DNA of 64,000 bases from Bacteroidota bacterium (GCA_039798185.1 JBDKGM010000020.1:3138-67137), one strand, 5' to 3'. Numbered from the stretch's first letter, positions 8,987 through 20,010 are shown. A program made the numbers and translations. Notes: generated by a model not told the origin, from the sequence alone.

Positions 8987-9664
8987 ATGCGTATTGATAT
9001 CGTCACCGTTTTACCCGAATTACTTCGGAGTCCGTTTGAGGCTTCGATCATGAAGCGTGCGATTGACAAAGGTTTGGTCGAAGTACATTTTCACAACCTT
9101 CGCGATTATGCCACCAACAAATACAAAAGTGTAGACGACTATCCGTATGGCGGTGGCGCAGGTATGGTCATGATGATCGAACCCATCGACAAATGCATTA
9201 CACAATTAAAGAGTGAGCGCGACTACGACGAAATCATTTACATGACGCCCGATGGCGAAACCTTGAATCAAGGAATGGCTAACGCGATGTCGTTGTATGA
9301 AAACATCATCATTTTGTGTGGACATTATAAAGGAGTGGACCAACGCGTTCGTGATCATTTTATCACCAAAGAAATTTCGATAGGCGATTATGTATTGTCT
9401 GGTGGTGAATTGGGTGCGATTATTTTATCGGATGCCCTGATACGATTGATACCTGGCGTATTGAGTGATGAAACTTCGGCATTGACGGATAGTTTTCAAG
9501 ACAATTTGCTTTCCCCTCCTATCTACACGCGCCCCGCAGATTACAAAGGATGGAAAGTTCCCGAGGTATTATTAAGTGGTCATGCGGCAAAAATTGATGA
9601 TTGGCGGGAAGAAAAAGCATTTGAACACACTAAAAATCGCCGACCCGACTTACTTGACCAATAA
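8987..9664 (+). CDS. trmD: tRNA (guanine37-N1)-methyltransferase
   Basis: [34 protein letters not shown]. Confidence 0.97.
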   Translation: MRIDIVTVLPELLRSPFEASIMKRAIDKGLVEVHFHNLRDYATNKYKSVDDYPYGGGAGMVMMIEPIDKCITQLKSERDYDEIIYMTPDGETLNQGMANAMSLYENIIILCGHYKGVDQRVRDHFITKEISIGDYVLSGGELGAIILSDALIRLIPGVLSDETSALTDSFQDNLLSPPIYTRPADYKGWKVPEVLLSGHAAKIDDWREEKAFEHTKNRRPDLLDQ

Positions 9665-9743
9665 GCAATTAGCCTCGTTGAATGAAAAAAAGTCTAGGGT
9701 CTAAAAAAAATAAAATTCTCGTTTTTAATTTAAAATAAATAAT

Positions 9744-9751
9744 TACATTTG
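9744..9751 (+). promoter_or_regulatory. -7 promoter element of rplS
   Basis: TACATTTG. Confidence 0.65.
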
Positions 9752-9759
9752 CACCCGCA

Positions 9760-9800
9760 TTGGACCAACCTCTGACGAGAATCGTGCATGTTGCTCTGAC
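9760..9800 (+). promoter_or_regulatory. Candidate ribosomal-protein leader upstream of rplS (possibly L19-Flavobacteria motif)
   Basis: GC-richer island in an AT-rich 5' UTR. CAAC(9766-69)/GTTG(9790-93) encloses ACGA-GAA-TCGT. Confidence 0.45.
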
Positions 9801-9822
9801 TAAACTATAAAATGTTATTAAA

Positions 9823-10173
9823 ATGGCAGATTTATTAAAATTCGTTCAAGACGAATTCGTTGCAAAAAAAGATTTCCCTGTTTTCGGAGCGGGTGATACA
9901 ATCACTGTTTATTACGAAATTAAAGAGGGTGAAAAAACAAGAACACAGTTCTTTAAAGGTGTAGTAATCCAACGCAAAGGTGCTGGTGTTACTGAAACCT
10001 TTACGATCCGTAAAATGTCAGGTGCTGTTGGTGTAGAGCGTATCTTCCCATTAAACATGCCTGCTTTACAGAAAATCGAAGTAAATCAAAGAGGTAAAGT
10101 TCGTAGAGCACGTATCTTCTACTTCCGTGAACTTACTGGTAAGAAAGCTAAAATCAAAGAAAGAAGAAGATAA
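9823..10173 (+). CDS. rplS: 50S ribosomal protein L19
   Basis: FGAGDTITV, ETFTIRKMS.AVGVERIFP, GKVRRARIFYFR. Confidence 0.98.
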   Translation: MADLLKFVQDEFVAKKDFPVFGAGDTITVYYEIKEGEKTRTQFFKGVVIQRKGAGVTETFTIRKMSGAVGVERIFPLNMPALQKIEVNQRGKVRRARIFYFRELTGKKAKIKERRR

Positions 10174-10191
10174 TCTTCCTTCTGAAGCAAT

Positions 10192-10228
10192 AAAAGAGTC
10201 CCGATTTCATTATCGGGACTTTTTTTTT
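10192..10228 (+). terminator. Terminator after rplS
   Basis: AGTCCCGAT-ttcatt-ATCGGGACT followed by a long T run. Confidence 0.9.
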
Positions 10229-10389
10229 GAAAAAAAATTACGCCTCAAATTATCAATTTTCTATTTTTCAAACCTTTAAATCACAAATTCATAATTCAAT
10301 CGTTTTCGCTGGTAAATTTCGTGCTCCTTCGGGCGTATCTTCTTATATTTGTGGGATTTTTTTAAATTACGCAAACTAAAACTTTTAAT

Positions 10390-11613
10390 ATGGCAAAAAT
10401 TAAAGTGGCTAATCCAGTAGTAGAATTGGATGGCGATGAAATGACACGAATTATCTGGAGTTTTATTAAAGAACAACTGATTTTACCTTACCTTGATCTT
10501 GATATTAAATATTACGACTTAGGAATTGAACACCGCGATGCTACCAATGACCAAGTAACGATTGATGCTGCTGAAGCCATCAAACAATACAATGTAGGTA
10601 TCAAATGTGCTACCATCACTCCTGATGAAGCGCGTGTGGAAGAATTCAAGTTGAAAGAAATGTGGAAATCACCAAACGGTACCATTCGTAACATCGTAGG
10701 AGGAACTGTTTTCCGTGAACCCATCATCATGAGTAACGTTCCGCGTTATGTGCAAGGCTGGACACAACCAATCGTAATCGGTCGTCATGCTTTCGGTGAT
10801 CAATATAAAGCTACCGATAAAGTAATCAAAGGAAAAGGAAAATTAACCATGTCCTTTACTGATGAAAATGGAGCAACTACTTCTTGGGAAGTATTCAACT
10901 TCAAAAGCGATGGTGTAGCCATGTGTATGTACAATACCGATGAATCCATCTACGGTTTTGCGCATTCTTCCTTCCAAATGGCTTTAACTAAAAAATGGCC
11001 GTTATACCTTTCTACTAAAAACACCATCTTAAAAGCATATGATGGACGTTTCAAAGATATCTTCGAAGAAGTGTATCAAGAACACTACAAAGCGCAATTT
11101 GAAGCAATTGGTATTGTTTACGAACACCGCTTAATCGATGATATGGTAGCTTCGGCAATGAAATGGAACGGTGGTTTTGTTTGGGCTTGTAAAAACTATG
11201 ATGGAGACGTACAATCGGATACTGTAGCACAAGGATTTGGATCATTAGGATTAATGACTTCAGTTTTGGTTACTCCCGATGGAAAAACTGTAGAAGCTGA
11301 AGCGGCTCACGGTACCGTAACGCGTCACTACAGACAACACCAACAAGGTAGAAAAACCTCAACCAATCCTATCGCATCGATTTTTGCTTGGACGCGTGGT
11401 TTGGAGCACCGTGGTAAATTAGACAACAACCAAGAATTAATCAACTTCTGTCATGCCTTAGAAGCCGTTTGTATCGAAACGGTGGAAAGTGGTAAAATGA
11501 CGAAAGACTTGGCGATGTTAGTAAAACCAGAAGGTTTAACCGACGCTGATTACTTAACGACTGAGGATTTCTTACAGACTTTGAAAGTGAATTTGGATGC
11601 TAAATTGTCCTAA
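10390..11613 (+). CDS. icd: NADP-dependent isocitrate dehydrogenase (eukaryote-like homodimeric subfamily)
   Basis: [45 protein letters not shown]. -7 element TATATTTG at 10344-10351. Confidence 0.96.
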   Translation: MAKIKVANPVVELDGDEMTRIIWSFIKEQLILPYLDLDIKYYDLGIEHRDATNDQVTIDAAEAIKQYNVGIKCATITPDEARVEEFKLKEMWKSPNGTIRNIVGGTVFREPIIMSNVPRYVQGWTQPIVIGRHAFGDQYKATDKVIKGKGKLTMSFTDENGATTSWEVFNFKSDGVAMCMYNTDESIYGFAHSSFQMALTKKWPLYLSTKNTILKAYDGRFKDIFEEVYQEHYKAQFEAIGIVYEHRLIDDMVASAMKWNGGFVWACKNYDGDVQSDTVAQGFGSLGLMTSVLVTPDGKTVEAEAAHGTVTRHYRQHQQGRKTSTNPIASIFAWTRGLEHRGKLDNNQELINFCHALEAVCIETVESGKMTKDLAMLVKPEGLTDADYLTTEDFLQTLKVNLDAKLS

Positions 11614-11632
11614 GTTCATTAAATTATACTAA

Positions 11633-11662
11633 AAAAGGCGGTTAAATAACCGCCTTTTTTTA
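11633..11662. terminator. Bidirectional terminator
   Basis: AAAAAAGGCGGTT-aaat-AACCGCCTTTTTT. Confidence 0.9.
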
Positions 11663-12370
11663 TTTCTGAGGTGCTGATTTGGATTTATCCATTTTCTCAA
11701 CATATTCTACTTGCAGTCGCGCTTTATAGCCTATACCTAGATTCCAATATTTTTGAGAAAAAAGAACACCATTGGCATCATAAAAATTATATTGTCCTGT
11801 ATTGGGAGAAAGTTCTCCATAGTTCAAGGCCTCAATCTCGATGATATTCATCCCCGGATTTAAATCCACCGTGAATTTTTGGAAGTCATCCCGTAAAATA
11901 ATCGATGAATTCACCAACACACCGTTAACCCAAACCCGAATATTATCACCGTCTATCAAACCATAATCACGGTTGGCGAGTTCGATCGTTTTTGTAAATA
12001 CTACCGCTTTTCCTAAATCCATATCCCGATTAAATAATTCAGGACTCACTCCCTCTTCTTTTAATTGGTTGTTGAATTTATCCGTGTATAATTCTGCAGG
12101 ATTTCTAGGGGCTTCATATTGTTTGTCTGGGATGTCTCCAATTTTAGGAATTTGAGGCATACTTTGAAAAATAATATCGTCAGAAGTTTTTGCTTTGGGG
12201 GTATTCAATTTGAAAGCAGGAACCACCGTAGGAGTTGTAGCGACTTCAGCCTTCTTTTTTGCCAATTTATCTGGAACTGCTTTAATCTGAATTTTCTTCC
12301 GCTTCGACTCCAATTGAGCCCAACTCGTGAAAGTTAGCAGTAAGGTCAGTACCAGAAAACGGGTCTTCAT
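11660..12370 (-). CDS. Exported hypothetical protein
   Basis: Signal peptide (TSWA|Q), Lys/Pro-rich linker, beta-rich C-terminal domain (IDGDNIRVWVNG...NIIEIEALNYG). Confidence 0.7.
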   Translation of the reverse strand: MKTRFLVLTLLLTFTSWAQLESKRKKIQIKAVPDKLAKKKAEVATTPTVVPAFKLNTPKAKTSDDIIFQSMPQIPKIGDIPDKQYEAPRNPAELYTDKFNNQLKEEGVSPELFNRDMDLGKAVVFTKTIELANRDYGLIDGDNIRVWVNGVLVNSSIILRDDFQKFTVDLNPGMNIIEIEALNYGELSPNTGQYNFYDANGVLFSQKYWNLGIGYKARLQVEYVEKMDKSKSAPQK

Positions 12371-12499
12371 TGATTCTTATTTTTGGGTAAATTTATAGGT
12401 TAAAACAAAGAATATATAGAGTTTAACCCTAAGTTAACATTCGTCTTGTAACAACCTATTACTAGATTCGTCAAATTTGCAAAAAAATTCACAAAGACC

Positions 12500-14869
12500 A
12501 TGCCTAAATATTTACGATTCGCCTTCATTTTTTGCTTTTTTACCGCAGGTTTGTTCGCTCAAGAAAAATTTACGCTCAGTGGAACCCTAACTGATGAAAA
12601 AAATAATGAAACTTTAATTGGAGTAAATATTCTAATCAAAGGGACAAAATCCTTTGCCATAACCAATGAATATGGTTTTTACTCCCTCACATTACCCGCA
12701 GCTCAGTATGAAGTAGAAATCAGTTACATCGGCTACGAAACTCAAACCGTAAAAGTCGATTTAACTAAAGACCAAAAACTAAATTTCCAATTAAAAGAAA
12801 AAGGGGAAATATTGGAAGAAGTTGTGGTGAAATCCAATGATTCCAAAAGCAATATACGAAAACCCGAAATTAGTGTCAACAAACTCACTACCGCAACCAT
12901 CAAACAAATGCCCGTAGTTTTAGGTGAAGTAGACATTATTAAATCACTTTTATTCTTACCCGGTGTAACCAATGCTGGTGAAGGTCAATCGGGATTTAAT
13001 GTGCGCGGTGGTGGTGCTGACCAAAACTTAATTCTTTTGGACGAAGCGACCATCTACAATTCCTCGCACTTATTTGGTTTCTTCTCCGTATTCAATCCCG
13101 ACGCTATCAAAGATTTGAAATTATACAAAGGCGGAATTCCTTCGCGTTTTGGTGGCCGCGCTTCTTCTGTTTTAGATATTTATCAAAAAGAAGGAAACAG
13201 TAAAGGCTTTCATATGAATGGGGGAATCGGACTCATTTCTTCGCGATTATTAGCGGAAGGTCCGATTCAAAAAGGCAAAGGTTCATTCATTGCTGCAGGC
13301 CGTGGCTCCTATGCCCATTTGTTTTTAAAATTATCCAACAATGATAACTCAGCCTATTTCTATGATTTAAATACCAAAATCAATTATAAGTTTAATAAAA
13401 ACAATACGCTTTACCTATCGGGTTACTTTGGTCGAGATGTTTTTGATATCAACCAAAGTTTTACCAATACCTATGGAAATTCAACCCTAAACTTACGCTG
13501 GAACCATTTGTATTCTGATAAATTATTTTCGAATTTATCCCTTATATACAGTGATTATTATTACGGACTAAACCTGGATTTTGTCGGATTTAATTGGGAT
13601 TCTGGCATTAAAAATTACAATATCAAATACGATTTTCGTCATTACCTCACCGACAAAATCAAATTGTTTTACGGAGTCAATGGAATGTATTACGATTTTA
13701 ATCCCGGAACTATCGAACCCTCGCGCAGTGATTCAGGAATTAATTTCCGTCAGTTGGAAAAGAAATATGCGTTCGAACCCGCAGTTTATTTAAGTGCCGA
13801 ACAAAAAATTGGCGACCGCTTAAACGTTGAATACGGTTTCCGCTACAGTTGGTTTTACCGTTTAGGGAGTTCGACCCTAAATCTTTATGCAAACAACAAT
13901 CCCGTTACGTTTGATTCCGATTTAAAAATTTACGAAAAAGCCACACCCATTGGTACCAAATACTACGGTTCCAATACAATCATGGCCGATTACAACAATT
14001 TCGAACCCCGCTTAGCAGTATCCTACGAACTTACCGCAAACAGTTCGCTAAAACTCGGGTACAACCGAATGGTTCAATACTTACAGTTGGTATCCAATAC
14101 CGCTTCACCTACTCCACTTGACGTGTGGACTCCTAGCGACCAATACATCAAACCCCAAATTGCTGACCAAATTGCCTTGGGTTATTTCACAAATCTCATG
14201 AACGATCAATATTCATTGGAAGTGGAAACCTTTTATAAAAAAGTCAAAAACCGCATGGACTATATTGATGGCGCCGATTTAATTGCCAATGAAGCAATCG
14301 AACAAGTCATCTTAAATGGAGAAATGCGTTCGTATGGATTGGAAATTTTATTCCGAAAAAATGTTGGCGAATGGACCGGATGGGTAGCCTATACGCTTTC
14401 AAAATCTGAACAACGCACTCCGGGTCGCGCACCAGGCGAAACCGGAATTAACAACGGACAATGGTACCGATCAGGCTATGACAAACGCCATAATTTAGCG
14501 GTAACTTCAACCTATAAATATTCAAAAAAATGGACCTTTGGTGCCAACTTTGTCTTGCAAACCGGACAACCCGTTACCTATCCTAATGGTCAATATGAAT
14601 ACTTAGGTATTACCGTACCGAGTTATGGAACCCGCAATGGGAATTCATTACCGTTATACCATCACTTGGATGTTTCGGCAACATTAACTCCAAAACAAAC
14701 CAGCAAAAAATGGTCGGGTGAATGGGTGTTTAGCATCTACAACTTGTATGCACGCAAAAATGCCGCCAGTATCAGCTTCAGACAAAATCAAGATAGCGGA
14801 CAAAATGAAGCGGTTCGTCTTTCTATTTTCGGTTTAGTTCCTTCGGTAACCTATAATTTTAAATTCTAA
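12500..14869 (+). CDS. TonB-dependent receptor with N-terminal CarboxypepD_reg-like domain
   Basis: Signal peptide, NETLIGVNI/TNEYGFYSL domain, plug FNVRGGGADQNLILLD and KGGIPSRFGGR, terminal YNFKF. Confidence 0.92.
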   Translation: MPKYLRFAFIFCFFTAGLFAQEKFTLSGTLTDEKNNETLIGVNILIKGTKSFAITNEYGFYSLTLPAAQYEVEISYIGYETQTVKVDLTKDQKLNFQLKEKGEILEEVVVKSNDSKSNIRKPEISVNKLTTATIKQMPVVLGEVDIIKSLLFLPGVTNAGEGQSGFNVRGGGADQNLILLDEATIYNSSHLFGFFSVFNPDAIKDLKLYKGGIPSRFGGRASSVLDIYQKEGNSKGFHMNGGIGLISSRLLAEGPIQKGKGSFIAAGRGSYAHLFLKLSNNDNSAYFYDLNTKINYKFNKNNTLYLSGYFGRDVFDINQSFTNTYGNSTLNLRWNHLYSDKLFSNLSLIYSDYYYGLNLDFVGFNWDSGIKNYNIKYDFRHYLTDKIKLFYGVNGMYYDFNPGTIEPSRSDSGINFRQLEKKYAFEPAVYLSAEQKIGDRLNVEYGFRYSWFYRLGSSTLNLYANNNPVTFDSDLKIYEKATPIGTKYYGSNTIMADYNNFEPRLAVSYELTANSSLKLGYNRMVQYLQLVSNTASPTPLDVWTPSDQYIKPQIADQIALGYFTNLMNDQYSLEVETFYKKVKNRMDYIDGADLIANEAIEQVILNGEMRSYGLEILFRKNVGEWTGWVAYTLSKSEQRTPGRAPGETGINNGQWYRSGYDKRHNLAVTSTYKYSKKWTFGANFVLQTGQPVTYPNGQYEYLGITVPSYGTRNGNSLPLYHHLDVSATLTPKQTSKKWSGEWVFSIYNLYARKNAASISFRQNQDSGQNEAVRLSIFGLVPSVTYNFKF

Positions 14870-14873
14870 TCCC

Positions 14874-15692
14874 ATGAAAAAATATATCGCACTATTCGCT
14901 TTAGCCCTTACGTTCATTAGCTGTGAAGATGTAGTCAATGTTGACTTAGAAACCGCTGCACCTAAATTGGTGATTGATGCCAATATCCTTTGGCAAAAAG
15001 GAACTGTTGGTAATGAACAAACCATCAAACTTACCACCACAACGGGCTATTACAACGCCGTGGTCCCTAAAGTTTCTGGCGCAACAGTGTTCATTACCAA
15101 TTCAGCCAATACGGTATTTCCTTTTGTGGAAACAGTACCCAATTCAGGTGAATACAAATGCACAACATTTGTCCCAGTCATTAATGAAAATTATACGTTA
15201 ACCGTGCAATACAATGGGATGACCTATCGCGCTACTGCACCCTTGTTGGCTACTCCATCGATTGACACGGTGCAACAAACCACTGTGCAAGGCTTTGGCG
15301 GTGATGAAATTCAAGTTAAATTCTTTTACCAAGACAACGGAGCCGAAGACAATTTCTATTTGGTCGGAGTTAAAAACTCGTTGCTTGCCATCCCCGAATA
15401 CGGCGTCATTTCGGATGAATTCTTCCAAGGAAATCAAATGTTTGGCTTTTATACGCAAGAAGATCTCGAACCGGGAGTGCAATTGAACTTTAAACTCGAA
15501 GGGGTCACCGAAAAATATTACAACTACATGAACAAATTGTTGAATATTGCCGGAAGCCAAAATGGAAGTCCGTTTTCCACACCACCCGCTACTTTACGCG
15601 GAAATATCATCAACCAAACCGATGAAAATAACTACCCACTTGGCTATTTCCATCTCTCCGAAGTGGACCAATTGAATTATACCGTTGAGTAA
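14874..15692 (+). CDS. DUF4249-family lipoprotein, partner of the TonB-dependent receptor
   Basis: Lipobox FISC-EDVV, PKLVIDA, PATLRGNI...PLGYF; starts 4 nt after the receptor gene. Confidence 0.82.
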   Translation: MKKYIALFALALTFISCEDVVNVDLETAAPKLVIDANILWQKGTVGNEQTIKLTTTTGYYNAVVPKVSGATVFITNSANTVFPFVETVPNSGEYKCTTFVPVINENYTLTVQYNGMTYRATAPLLATPSIDTVQQTTVQGFGGDEIQVKFFYQDNGAEDNFYLVGVKNSLLAIPEYGVISDEFFQGNQMFGFYTQEDLEPGVQLNFKLEGVTEKYYNYMNKLLNIAGSQNGSPFSTPPATLRGNIINQTDENNYPLGYFHLSEVDQLNYTVE

Positions 15693-15762
15693 ATGAGCAT
15701 TTTGTTTCAAATAGGAAAACACTACAATCGCAATTTATCCTTACTTTTGATTCCTATCTAAA

Positions 15763-15790
15763 CTCATAACTCATAACTCATAATTCATAA
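15763..15790 (+). repeat. Heptamer array (C/T)TCATAA x4, reverse complement of TTATGA(G/A)
   Basis: CTCATAA CTCATAA CTCATAA TTCATAA ends 2 nt before the ATG at 15793, downstream of the -7 element TACTTTTG at 15742-15749. Confidence 0.92.
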
Positions 15791-15792
15791 CC

Positions 15793-16455
15793 ATGTCTTC
15801 CCACCACATCGTTCGTGACGACCAAGAACCGGCTTTAATCATTGCCAATGGTGCCGCCTGTTCCATGGAACTCTTGAATCAATTATTGGAATGGCAACCG
15901 TTGGTTATCGTACTCGATTCGGCAATGGAACGCGTGATCGAACTGGGAATTAAGGTGGATGTACTTTTGGGGGATTTTGATCGGGATTTTGATCCCAATG
16001 CTTTTAAAGAAAAACAATACCCGCTCGAAATCGTTCATGCGCCAGATCAAGACAAAACCGATCTTGAAAAAGCATTTGATTATTTAATTGAACGGGGACA
16101 CAAAGCGGTTAATGTCGTTTGGGCTACGGGACGACGCATTGATCATACCTTACACAATTTAACAATTCAAGCAAATTATCGAGAATACTTGAAAATAGTG
16201 GTGCTTGACGACCATTCCAAAGCCTTTATTATTCCGCGCACCTACCAAAAATGGTATCCCAAAAACACGATTCTCTCCTTATTACCTATTGGAGAAGTAA
16301 CCCATATTTGCACCGCCAATCTCTATTATCCCTTACAACAGGAAAACCTGCGTTTAGGATATCGATCTGGAAGTAGCAACCAGGTTGCCGAAGATGGACT
16401 CGTAACGATTACCCATGAAACAGGCGATTTACTGTTGGTCGAATCATTGGATTAA
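15793..16455 (+). CDS. thiN: Thiamine pyrophosphokinase
   Basis: LIIANG, GDFD, DQDKTDLEKA, TGRRIDH, GSSNQ. Confidence 0.88.
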   Translation: MSSHHIVRDDQEPALIIANGAACSMELLNQLLEWQPLVIVLDSAMERVIELGIKVDVLLGDFDRDFDPNAFKEKQYPLEIVHAPDQDKTDLEKAFDYLIERGHKAVNVVWATGRRIDHTLHNLTIQANYREYLKIVVLDDHSKAFIIPRTYQKWYPKNTILSLLPIGEVTHICTANLYYPLQQENLRLGYRSGSSNQVAEDGLVTITHETGDLLLVESLD

Positions 16456-16528
16456 TCAATCTTAGCACTGCATTTTTTCACGTATCTGATTGAGGAGCTC
16501 CCGTTTTGAAATCTTAGTGAAGCCGCTT

Positions 16529-16586
16529 CCCGCTGTCCGCTAAATCCCTTCACTCCGTTACGGGGATACCGCTTCCATCGGGGCTA
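16529..16586 (-). ncRNA. Flavo-1-like structured repeat, copy 2
   Basis: Minus strand TAGCCCCGATGGAAGCGGTATCC-[stem]-GGATTTAGCGGACAGCGGG. Confidence 0.7.
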
Positions 16587-16691
16587 AATTCGACGAATCT
16601 TCCTTAAAAACGTTTCCCTATCTCCCCAATTTCCTGCAATTATTCGTTATTTTTGTGTTCACATTACGATTTGCGCTAACCCTTACCCGCT

Positions 16692-18692
16692 ATGAAATTT
16701 CAAGTCATTTCCGAATACCAACCCACTGGCGACCAACCCCAAGCGATTAAAAAATTAGCCGCCGGAATTGAAGCCGAAGAAAAGTACCAAACCTTACTCG
16801 GGGTCACCGGTTCTGGAAAGACGTTTACCATCGCAAATGTGGTCCAAGAAGTACAACGTCCCACTTTGGTTTTAGCCCATAACAAAACCTTGGCGGCACA
16901 ATTGTATTCTGAATTCAAGCAATTTTTCCCCAATAATTCGGTACAGTATTTCGTTTCCTATTACGACTATTACCAACCCGAAGCCTATATTCCGGTTACA
17001 GGAACCTATATTGAAAAGGATTTATCGATCAACGAAGAACTGGAAAAACTGCGATTGAGCACGACCTCTGCCCTACTTTCAGGCCGTCGGGATGTCTTAG
17101 TCGTAGCCTCTGTTTCCTGTTTGTATGGTATTGGTAACCCGGTTGAATTTCAAAAAAATGTGATTTCCATTCACCGTGACCAAACGATTTCCCGAACCAA
17201 ATTACTGCATCGGTTAGTCCAAAGTTTGTACGCCCGCACAGAAGCTGATTTTACTCCAGGTACGTTCCGAATCAAAGGCGACACGGTTGAAATTTTCCCT
17301 AGCTACGCCGATGATCCGTTTCGCATCCACTTTTTTGGAGATGAAATCGAAGAAATTGAATGTTTCGATCGAGCATCCATGAAAGTCATCGAGCGCTACG
17401 ACAAACTCAATATCTATCCCGCCAATATGTTTGTGACCTCACCTGATGTACTCCAATCGGCGATTTGGGATATCCAACAAGACTTGGTCAAACAAGTGGA
17501 GTATTTTAAGGAAATTGGAAAACACCTCGAAGCCAAACGCTTGGAAGAACGCACCAATTTTGATTTAGAAATGATTCGCGAATTGGGTTACTGCTCAGGA
17601 ATTGAAAACTATTCGCGCTATTTGGACCGCCGCCAACCCGGTACGCGTCCCTTCTGCTTGCTCGATTATTTCCCAGAAGACTTTTTAATGGTGGTCGACG
17701 AAAGTCACGTGACCATTTCACAAGTCCACGCCATGTATGGTGGTGACCGAAGTCGTAAAGAAAACTTAGTGGAATACGGGTTTCGATTACCCGCTGCTAT
17801 GGATAACCGTCCTTTAAAATTTGAGGAATTTGAATCCTTGCAAAACCAAGTGATTTATGTATCGGCGACACCTGCGGATTATGAATTACAAAAATCGGAA
17901 GGCGTCTATGTCGAACAGATTATTCGCCCAACGGGATTGCTGGATCCCATTATCGAAATTCGCCCCAGTCTCAACCAAATCGATGACTTGATTGAAGAAA
18001 TTCAACAGCGTTGTGAATTGGATGAACGCACCTTGGTTACGACCTTAACCAAACGCATGGCAGAGGAATTGACAAAATACTTGACCAAAGTTTCCATCCG
18101 TTGCCGCTACATCCACAGCGATGTCGACACCTTGGAACGCGTGGAAATCATGCAAGATTTACGCAAAGGTTTGTTTGATGTATTGATTGGTGTGAACCTA
18201 CTCCGTGAAGGATTGGACTTACCCGAAGTCTCCCTTGTTGCCATTTTGGATGCCGATAAAGAAGGATTTCTTCGTAGCCATCGCTCACTAACCCAAACCG
18301 TGGGGCGCGCTGCACGAAATGTCAATGGAAAAGCAATAATGTATGCCGACAAGATCACCGATTCGATGCAAAAAACCATCGATGAAACGAACTATCGTCG
18401 GGAGAAGCAAATGAATTACAACACCAAACATAACATCACTCCGAAAGCTCTCAATAAAAAATTAAATAATCCCTTGACAAAAAATCAATTGGGAGGCACT
18501 TACAATTACGAAGAAGTCATTCAAAAGGCAGCCGAACCCCAAACGGAATACTTATCCAAATCGGAAATTGAAAAACGGATTCGTGACACCCGTAAAGAAA
18601 TGGAAAAAGCAGCTAAAGATTTGGATTTCATGCAAGCCGCAAAATTACGGGATGCGATTAAAGTGTTGGAAACCCAATTGGCGAAAGTATAA
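16692..18692 (+). CDS. uvrB: Excinuclease ABC subunit B
   Basis: GVTGSGKT, YYDYYQPEAY, VDESH, LREGLDLPEV, C-terminal UVR domain. Confidence 0.98.
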   Translation: MKFQVISEYQPTGDQPQAIKKLAAGIEAEEKYQTLLGVTGSGKTFTIANVVQEVQRPTLVLAHNKTLAAQLYSEFKQFFPNNSVQYFVSYYDYYQPEAYIPVTGTYIEKDLSINEELEKLRLSTTSALLSGRRDVLVVASVSCLYGIGNPVEFQKNVISIHRDQTISRTKLLHRLVQSLYARTEADFTPGTFRIKGDTVEIFPSYADDPFRIHFFGDEIEEIECFDRASMKVIERYDKLNIYPANMFVTSPDVLQSAIWDIQQDLVKQVEYFKEIGKHLEAKRLEERTNFDLEMIRELGYCSGIENYSRYLDRRQPGTRPFCLLDYFPEDFLMVVDESHVTISQVHAMYGGDRSRKENLVEYGFRLPAAMDNRPLKFEEFESLQNQVIYVSATPADYELQKSEGVYVEQIIRPTGLLDPIIEIRPSLNQIDDLIEEIQQRCELDERTLVTTLTKRMAEELTKYLTKVSIRCRYIHSDVDTLERVEIMQDLRKGLFDVLIGVNLLREGLDLPEVSLVAILDADKEGFLRSHRSLTQTVGRAARNVNGKAIMYADKITDSMQKTIDETNYRREKQMNYNTKHNITPKALNKKLNNPLTKNQLGGTYNYEEVIQKAAEPQTEYLSKSEIEKRIRDTRKEMEKAAKDLDFMQAAKLRDAIKVLETQLAKV

Positions 18693-18721
18693 TATTTTCG
18701 AAATCTTACCGTTACTTTTTC

Positions 18722-19537
18722 ATGAAAAACCTATGTATCCTTTTACTCGCCTATTCTAGTTTTGGTCAAACTAAATTCCAAGTGCTCGATTCTATCACCC
18801 ATCAACCGGTAAGCTATGCCAACATTTGGAATGAAAAACAGATCATTCGAAATTCAGATTCATTGGGTCATTTTGAAATTCCAATGACTGACCAAAAGCT
18901 GTTAAAAATAACGGCTATTGGCTATGAAGAAAAAGTAGTTCGTTCCAATCAAAGTCCAATCATTTTAAAACCCGTTCCGTATCTACTGGATGAAGTTGTC
19001 ATTCGCAAACCTAAAAACACGAATCCAACTGTTGTTGCAAAAGCCAGTCGAAAAGGCCAAGCCTTGTATGTGCAATACGATGCCCAATCGGTAAGTGTCG
19101 TCAAATTTGTCAAAGGAGATGCTGTTTTAAAATTTTTAAAATCCATCACCTTCTATTCCCGAACCAGTTCAAATCAACGAAAAATAGCGCTCATTTTTTA
19201 CAGTGTAAATGCTAATGGTGCTCCAGGCGAACTCCTCAATACAGAAACGCTAATTTGTAATTTAAAAAAAGGAGACAAAGAAACCATTGTGGATGTTTCG
19301 GATCAAGCGATTGAAGTTCCTAAAGAAGGATTATTCGTTGGTTTACAGCATTTATTAATTGAAGAAAACAAAAACTATTCGCACGATAAAAATGCCACAC
19401 CACTCTCCTTTTTCTATGAACCAGGTATTTTTTTTAGGGAAGATACAACGGTAAAAGACTCCTGGTGTTTTTATAACAACCAATGGAAATTGTATCCTAC
19501 ACGTTCCTTAAATTTGGGAATTGAATTAACCGAATAA
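18722..19537 (+). CDS. Exported protein with CarboxypepD_reg-like N-terminal domain
   Basis: Signal peptide, VLDSITHQPVSYANI, SDSLGHF, TAIGYE, LDEVVI. Confidence 0.7.
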   Translation: MKNLCILLLAYSSFGQTKFQVLDSITHQPVSYANIWNEKQIIRNSDSLGHFEIPMTDQKLLKITAIGYEEKVVRSNQSPIILKPVPYLLDEVVIRKPKNTNPTVVAKASRKGQALYVQYDAQSVSVVKFVKGDAVLKFLKSITFYSRTSSNQRKIALIFYSVNANGAPGELLNTETLICNLKKGDKETIVDVSDQAIEVPKEGLFVGLQHLLIEENKNYSHDKNATPLSFFYEPGIFFREDTTVKDSWCFYNNQWKLYPTRSLNLGIELTE

Positions 19538-19540
19538 GTG

Positions 19541-19978
19541 ATGAACGAATCCCACTACCGCAAATTAGAACAGATGTACCATTCAGGTCCGATTAACCAA
19601 CAAATCTACCCCGATGTGCATTTAACAGTTGCCGAAGGACGCTCAGAAATCACGATGACTGTTCGACCCGATTACTTTCATGCAGGACAATCGCTCCACG
19701 GCTCGGTTTACTTCAAAATGCTAGACGATGCCGCGTATTTTGCGGTGAATTCCCAAATTACGGATCAATTTGTGTACACGACTTCCTTTCATATTCAAAT
19801 CTTACGACCCGTGAAAACCGGACTATTGAAAGCTATAGGTACTGTTCAATTTGTTTCCCGTAATTTATTTATTGGTGATGCCGTACTCTATGATGCCAAA
19901 GGCCGAGAAGTAGCGCGAGGTACAGGGAATTTCATGAAAAGTGGCTTGCCCTTGGATGAAAGCATTGGCTACCAATGA
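19541..19978 (+). CDS. PaaI-family (hotdog) thioesterase
   Basis: HAGQSLHGSVYFKMLDDAAYFA, ILRPV, VARGTG. Confidence 0.85.
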   Translation: MNESHYRKLEQMYHSGPINQQIYPDVHLTVAEGRSEITMTVRPDYFHAGQSLHGSVYFKMLDDAAYFAVNSQITDQFVYTTSFHIQILRPVKTGLLKAIGTVQFVSRNLFIGDAVLYDAKGREVARGTGNFMKSGLPLDESIGYQ

Positions 19979-20010
19979 AAAAGCACCCTTTCGGATGCTT
20001 TTCTTTTTAT
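19979..20010. terminator. Bidirectional terminator
   Basis: AAAAGCA-cccttt-cgga-TGCTTTT followed by a T-rich tail. Confidence 0.7.
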
